Shown: positions 27,566 to 32,000 of the stretch, piece by piece | Position numbering within the stretch: the first letter of the stretch is position 1 | How the letters are laid out: the number at the start of each line of letters is the position of its first letter | DNA from: Haloquadratum walsbyi C23 | GTDB lineage: Archaea > Halobacteriota > Halobacteria > Halobacteriales > Haloferacaceae | NCBI RefSeq assembly: GCF_000237865.1 | Contig: NC_017459.1 | Coordinates: forward strand, 420,001-452,000 | Direction: 5' to 3' | Length of the DNA: 32,000 nt | Translations under genes and position numbers: made by a program | Notes under the pieces: model-generated | What the model was told of the DNA's origin: nothing | What the model saw: only the letters and a program-made list of their open reading frames with translations | Databases searched by the model: none

Positions 27566-27940
27566 GTGAATATTGATGGAACACAGTCACCGCTACTACA
27601 CTTACTCGGCACAATTCGTGGTGGAGTTGAATTAGTGACTCCAATGTCTCTTGGTATATTAGACATGATTGGGATTGCAGGAACGCTCATCTTTGCCCTC
27701 CCAGTCGGTATCTTTGGCGTAGAGCAGTTGGCGACTGGTCAGTTCGGTCTTGGGAGTGCGCTCATTGGAATTGCGGCGTTGATGATTATTCTTCCACAAC
27801 GTCTGATTACCCCAAAAGAAATCCCTGTTGCAATGAGCAAACGACTTATCGGGATAGTTGGGACCTCCACTGAGGAACAGTCTGCGGATGGTACCGACAC
27901 AACGGATGAACCTGACTCAGCCGTGAGTAAAAACCACTGA
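27566..27940 (+). CDS. hypothetical membrane protein (start uncertain; ATG at 27644 plausible)
   Basis: Two or three hydrophobic helices (GILDMIGIAGTLIFALPVGIF, GSALIGIAALMIILP) and an acidic tail. Confidence 0.5.
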   Translation: MNIDGTQSPLLHLLGTIRGGVELVTPMSLGILDMIGIAGTLIFALPVGIFGVEQLATGQFGLGSALIGIAALMIILPQRLITPKEIPVAMSKRLIGIVGTSTEEQSADGTDTTDEPDSAVSKNH

Positions 27941-28093
27941 GACAGCATCGGGGTAATATAGTAAAACAGCAAAATAAGATTCTTATGACTGTTGAAAACA
28001 TAGACATATCACTCAATATGTATATCTAAGTCGAATAAGTGACACAATATCTTTATTAGTACGCTGAGTCTGACATTAAATCCGAATCCATCA

Positions 28094-29488
28094 TCAGGAT
28101 GAATATGAGTTTGCTGTAGGTGTAAGCGACCGATTCATATCATTCGATGAAGTTGCCCGACTCCCAGCAACTGAAACCCCGTCCTTACCGATAGTAACCA
28201 CATCGCAGAGTCGGACACCACCATATTCTATATTAAATACTCCTAGTGCGATTGAAACAACTGTCCCAGGGTCCATTGTCATTTCAGAGTCAATATAAGG
28301 ACGCTCTCGCTGCGATAACCCAATTCCGTGTATCATAATATTAATACCCTCAGATTTCTTAGCTGATCCCTCAGATGCACTTGGATTAAATCCAAAGGCT
28401 GCAAGCTCTGCGAGAGCCTCATTATAGACAGTTGTAGGCGATATTCCTGGTTCGACTGTCTCAATTGCTGTCTCAAGCGCAGCCTCAACAGCAATATGCG
28501 CTCGTCGTTCCCATCCTCCCTCACTCTCAACGACGATGGTCCGCCAGATAAGTCCATGATATCCATTTGGACCGCGTGGACAAACACCAATCTGTATTGG
28601 GACGCCAGATTGTATCGATGTCGAAGACAATACGCCCGATCCGATATTCCTCGAGAGGCGTGACACTGCTGATTCGGTCGTTATTATACATACGCAATCC
28701 CCGCTGCCAACTCCGCGATGGGCAAGCTCAGCGGCTGCAATTTGTTCGAGATGTCGTGTAGTAGTTGGTTCTCCCTGTAGGAGTAGTTGCCCATCACTTA
28801 CGGTCATATCCGCAATTTGAGTCTCAATACGAGCGATTGCTGCCAGCCCTGCTGATTGTACAATCTTAATCGCCTGACGTTCAGCAGCATCTTTTTTCAC
28901 CCGAGCGTTTGTCACCGCCGATGTAGACTGAAGTGTGTACCCAGCTTGTTCAAGATGAATAGCGCTGTCGTGTGGAATTGTCGATGGAACAAGTACTGTC
29001 TGCGTGTCTGCACATTCTGCATCTGTTGTCCGCGCTGAATCGAGAACAGCCGCTGCCTGGACACCAATTGGTCTGGAATCCTGATAGATTGGAATTGCGA
29101 TGTCTGAATTGACACGATTATCTCCAGGCTCACTGGCGGCGGATATTTCATCACAAGCTATCAGCGAATCACTATACTCAATTTGTTTACTAAGAGCACG
29201 GTATTCTGCCTGTATCGCTTTTTTAGCTGCTTCCGATTGTACACAGAGTACCGGTCCTGAATCTGTATGAACATAGGCACTATTGTTTGAGGATGATATC
29301 GCGGTCAAGTATCGAAACGAAGCTGTGGGGTACTCACTCTCAGTGGTATTGATATTTACAAACCCAATTGCATCATGAGATTCAATCGCAGTAACAACAG
29401 GCGTTCGACTCGGTGTGACGACAACTGATGGATCATTTATGCCGAGTCCGGCATCAGTAGCGCTCTTGAGAGATGTATTATCGTTCAC
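28094..29488 (-). CDS. M24 (pita-bread fold) peptidase homologue lacking most metal ligands
   Basis: The C-terminal half aligns to prolidase/aminopeptidase P motifs but with substitutions at 4 of 5 ligand positions (see findings). The GTG start overlaps the corrected helicase stop. Confidence 0.8.
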   Translation of the reverse strand: MNDNTSLKSATDAGLGINDPSVVVTPSRTPVVTAIESHDAIGFVNINTTESEYPTASFRYLTAISSSNNSAYVHTDSGPVLCVQSEAAKKAIQAEYRALSKQIEYSDSLIACDEISAASEPGDNRVNSDIAIPIYQDSRPIGVQAAAVLDSARTTDAECADTQTVLVPSTIPHDSAIHLEQAGYTLQSTSAVTNARVKKDAAERQAIKIVQSAGLAAIARIETQIADMTVSDGQLLLQGEPTTTRHLEQIAAAELAHRGVGSGDCVCIITTESAVSRLSRNIGSGVLSSTSIQSGVPIQIGVCPRGPNGYHGLIWRTIVVESEGGWERRAHIAVEAALETAIETVEPGISPTTVYNEALAELAAFGFNPSASEGSAKKSEGINIMIHGIGLSQRERPYIDSEMTMDPGTVVSIALGVFNIEYGGVRLCDVVTIGKDGVSVAGSRATSSNDMNRSLTPTANSYSS

Positions 29489-31340
29489 GCGTCCGGTTCA
29501 GGGGCTGGAGCTGACTCCTCTTGAGTCGCCGCAAGCAGATCATCAACCGATTCATGGCGAGTCTCATTGTGAAGAAGAACGCTAATTGGTAGGGTTGGTG
29601 CCCCCCGACAAGATTCTCAAGTAATACAAGTCGCTCACGAGCACGCGACATCCCAACATAAAATACGCGTCGTTCGTTGTCTGTAAGAATCGGCACCGGG
29701 TCGGTCCGTGCGGTAAATTCGTCGACGCCAGGAACTGCACTTTCATCAACAGATGCAGCCATCTGTTCGACGACCTTCTCCGTCAGATCAGTCGCAACAA
29801 ATACATGATCTGCTTCACGACCCTTTGCAGAATGGATTGTCCCAACACGAATGCGGCTTGGGTCCATTCCACCATAGTCCCCATCGAAATACGCCTCCAC
29901 AGATTTTCGTTGGAATGAAGTCACTTTCCTGAGCATATCACCGGCTGCAGCTGTATTCGGAGCGAAAGGCGCATGTTCAGAAATAATATCTGGCTCAATC
30001 GATAGTTCTGTTAAATCGTCGACGTCGGCAGCTTCTTTTTTATCATCGATATAATCAAACAGTGCATCACGCTCTTTTGTCCCGAACGCAGATGCCTGAA
30101 GCATATCGGCGAGTCGCCGCGCCTGTAATCCAGTGAGAGTTTCATCACGGTCCAATTGTTCAATTCCACGAACATACTGCGTGAGTCGATCTGTCCACAT
30201 CCGCTGGTCAGTGAGTGCTGAAAATGGCATTCCTAATGGGAGGAACTCATCAATAAATTGGAACATCTGATATCGAGCACGAAATAGGATCATTAACGTT
30301 TCTTCACCGTCGCTCCGCTCGACAGTATGACGAACGTTACGTGCGAGATCGAGCATTGATGGGGATTCGATTCCCTCAACGGTGCCTCCTTGTTTACGCG
30401 GATGGAGATCTTTTTCTTGTCGCTTGTCGATATGTCGGATCTCTTGATTAACGACGCTAAGGACCTTTGATGGGAGACGGTATGAATTTGGGAGTACAAC
30501 GTCTTCATCGCGATTAGCATCAAGTAACAGATTTGGATCAGCTCCCTGCCAAGCATATACGACCTGGTCATCGTCACCAGCGATGAGTACACGATCAACA
30601 CTCGACCTCCATTTTTCATAGACGTCATATTGTAACGTGGTGATATCCTGAAATTCATCGATAACAAGATAATCTACTTGCGGGACAAGTGAGCGCTGTT
30701 TTACCCGTTCGAGCATATCGGCAAATCCAACCAATCCATGATCCCCTTTGTATGCCCGCCATGCCTGGATTACTTCTGGGACATGAATACGGTCATCATC
30801 AGATGACCATGTTGGTGTGTACTTATTTCCCTCCTGTGCATTTGGGTCGACATCAGGTGGGAGTCGGACCTCTTCAACATTCCACTGAAATGGAACTTCA
30901 TACCAATCAGCTACATCGCGTCGCGTTCGCTGAAGCCATTGACTGGTTGCAATTATTTTATTCCCAAGTGTTGTTGACCGCGCCGTTCGCCGACCTGCAC
31001 CACCATATTTATCTTCGAACTCAACGCCATATTCCTCGCAGAACTCTTGTTTATCACTATCATCGATGACATCTCCCCGCGAGAGATTTAATAGCTCATA
31101 GGCTTTTGCGTGCATCGTCGCGACATTTCCTTGAAGAGCGCGTGGAGAGATATCAAGTCGCTCGGCAAGCCGCTCGCGAACCTCTGCGGCTGCGGCCCGT
31201 GTATACGAAACAACAAGGATATCACGAATGCTAACATCATCGGCATCAAGAATCTTGTCGACCTCATCAAGTAACGCAGTGGTCTTTCCACTGCCAGGAC
31301 CACCGAACAGTCGGGTGATTTCCGGGTTGGCATCGCTCAT
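29478..31340 (-). CDS. UvrD/Rep/PcrA-like superfamily 1 DNA helicase (3' end frameshifted at a homopolymer)
   Basis: Walker A GGPGSGKTT, VIDEFQD, GTIHSAKGREADHVFV and YVGMSRARERLVL. The tail after ENLVGG is basic and hydrophobic in the track frame but acidic in the alternative frame, which ends at 29485. Confidence 0.9.
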   Translation of the reverse strand: MSDANPEITRLFGGPGSGKTTALLDEVDKILDADDVSIRDILVVSYTRAAAAEVRERLAERLDISPRALQGNVATMHAKAYELLNLSRGDVIDDSDKQEFCEEYGVEFEDKYGGAGRRTARSTTLGNKIIATSQWLQRTRRDVADWYEVPFQWNVEEVRLPPDVDPNAQEGNKYTPTWSSDDDRIHVPEVIQAWRAYKGDHGLVGFADMLERVKQRSLVPQVDYLVIDEFQDITTLQYDVYEKWRSSVDRVLIAGDDDQVVYAWQGADPNLLLDANRDEDVVLPNSYRLPSKVLSVVNQEIRHIDKRQEKDLHPRKQGGTVEGIESPSMLDLARNVRHTVERSDGEETLMILFRARYQMFQFIDEFLPLGMPFSALTDQRMWTDRLTQYVRGIEQLDRDETLTGLQARRLADMLQASAFGTKERDALFDYIDDKKEAADVDDLTELSIEPDIISEHAPFAPNTAAAGDMLRKVTSFQRKSVEAYFDGDYGGMDPSRIRVGTIHSAKGREADHVFVATDLTEKVVEQMAASVDESAVPGVDEFTARTDPVPILTDNERRVFYVGMSRARERLVLLENLVGGHQPYQLAFFFTMRLAMNRLMICLRRLKRSQLQPLNRTRER

Positions 31341-31458
31341 TGTCCGTATACACGCTCTTACTGGTGATAAACCGTGTGCTTCTATGCTCAGTGGTGATAC
31401 ATGTTACTGAGCACTTGAGTATTATAATATAGATAATCTATCAGCAGTGATATTGGTG

Positions 31459-31668
31459 CTAGTTCGACTCTGGAGTCCACTCGCAGACAGAACACACTGT
31501 TGCCGACATGTCATGCAGTGCACCACAATCCGGGCACTGTTTCTTATTATACGATTCCTCCCAGCTAGCGGACTCTACCTCATGTCCACGATCACTGAGA
31601 AACTGATCGAACAGTGCGTCATCAGAGGGCGGTGCTGATGCCATACACATTATGATACTCGTTACCAT
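31459..31668 (-). CDS. small zinc-ribbon protein (CPxCG-type)
   Basis: CPDCG...CSVC and acidic composition. It lies immediately upstream of the helicase on the same strand. The start is probably the internal MASAPPSDD. Confidence 0.6.
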   Translation of the reverse strand: MVTSIIMCMASAPPSDDALFDQFLSDRGHEVESASWEESYNKKQCPDCGALHDMSATVCSVCEWTPESN

Positions 31669-31823
31669 TACTTATGCTTACCGCTAACTTAGGTCAGTAT
31701 ATCCAGCTCAATCATACATAATTAATCGGTCCACTAACTCTGCTGCTGCATCATTCTTCAACATTTATTTGTTTCATATACTCACACAAAACGGTCTTGA
31801 CAACTGGGGGCATACAGTCGACG

Positions 31824-32000
31824 ATGAGTTTCACTCCGTCGCGCGATTCAAATACCAATCGGGCTTCTTCATCTTCCAACACTACGAACATCGACTCTCG
31901 TCAGAACTCAAAACCTGAACCTGAACCTGACCCAGACCCAGACCCAGATTCGACTGGTATATGGCATGCATTTGTTCCATTTGGCTTCGTCGCCGCAGAA
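31824..32000 (+). CDS. 5' end of an unidentified protein running off the right edge
   Basis: ATG at 31824, open to the window end (59 codons): MSFTPSRDSNTN...PEPEPDPDPDPDSTGIWHAFVPFGFVAAE. It is not in the track because it has no stop. Confidence 0.3.
   Translation, partial: MSFTPSRDSNTNRASSSSNTTNIDSRQNSKPEPEPDPDPDPDSTGIWHAFVPFGFVAAE

Noticed and set aside
27457-27690. 77-aa minus-strand ORF upstream of and overlapping the membrane protein gene.
   Set aside because: It is Cys/Ile-rich and non-acidic, overlaps the better-supported + strand membrane protein, and has no motifs.

Overview
This looks like chromosomal DNA of a halophilic archaeon (class Halobacteria). The predicted proteins are strongly acidic, one carries a PGF-CTERM sorting signal, Kae1 and Bud32 are fused, and GAPDH is the archaeal type II enzyme. 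The AT-leaning composition for a haloarchaeon, the long non-coding spacers and several decayed genes are reminiscent of Haloquadratum, but that is inference only because no search was possible. Most of the content is housekeeping. It includes the conserved archaeal array aIF2-gamma / PIN (Fcf1-like) / Rpo7 (RpoE-prime) / Spt4 / GTP-dependent dephospho-CoA kinase ... S24e / Kae1-Bud32. It also includes RdgB/HAM1, TrkA, tRNA-Ser(GGA), threonine ammonia-lyase, citrate synthase, a PhoU/TrkA-C protein, an AstE/AspA-family deacylase, PIMT, an M29-like aminopeptidase, GAPDH, and a zinc-finger / UvrD-like helicase / M24-like gene string. Six signals are not housekeeping. (1) A 5'-truncated IS200/IS605-family TnpB (IS1341-type) relic with a hairpin-rich 3' flank (candidate omega RNA) sits inside a broken threonine synthase gene. 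(2) An unexplained ~430-bp GC-rich, stem-dense non-coding island with a G-quadruplex-type tract lies directly after kae1-bud32. (3) An opposite-strand ribbon-helix-helix gene, bracketed by two copies of one 17-bp palindrome, interrupts the conserved array. (4) A NucS/DUF91-like PD-(D/E)xK nuclease sits in an AT-rich pocket. (5) An M24 pita-bread homologue has lost 4 of 5 metal ligands and becomes translationally coupled (GTGA) to the helicase once a homopolymer frameshift is corrected. (6) There are further pseudogenes: a metallophosphoesterase with two compensating frameshifts and a DUF45-like fragment. I saw no CRISPR array, rRNA or intact transposase. I did not find a clear multi-gene novel system; the best candidates for something undescribed are items 2, 3 and 5.
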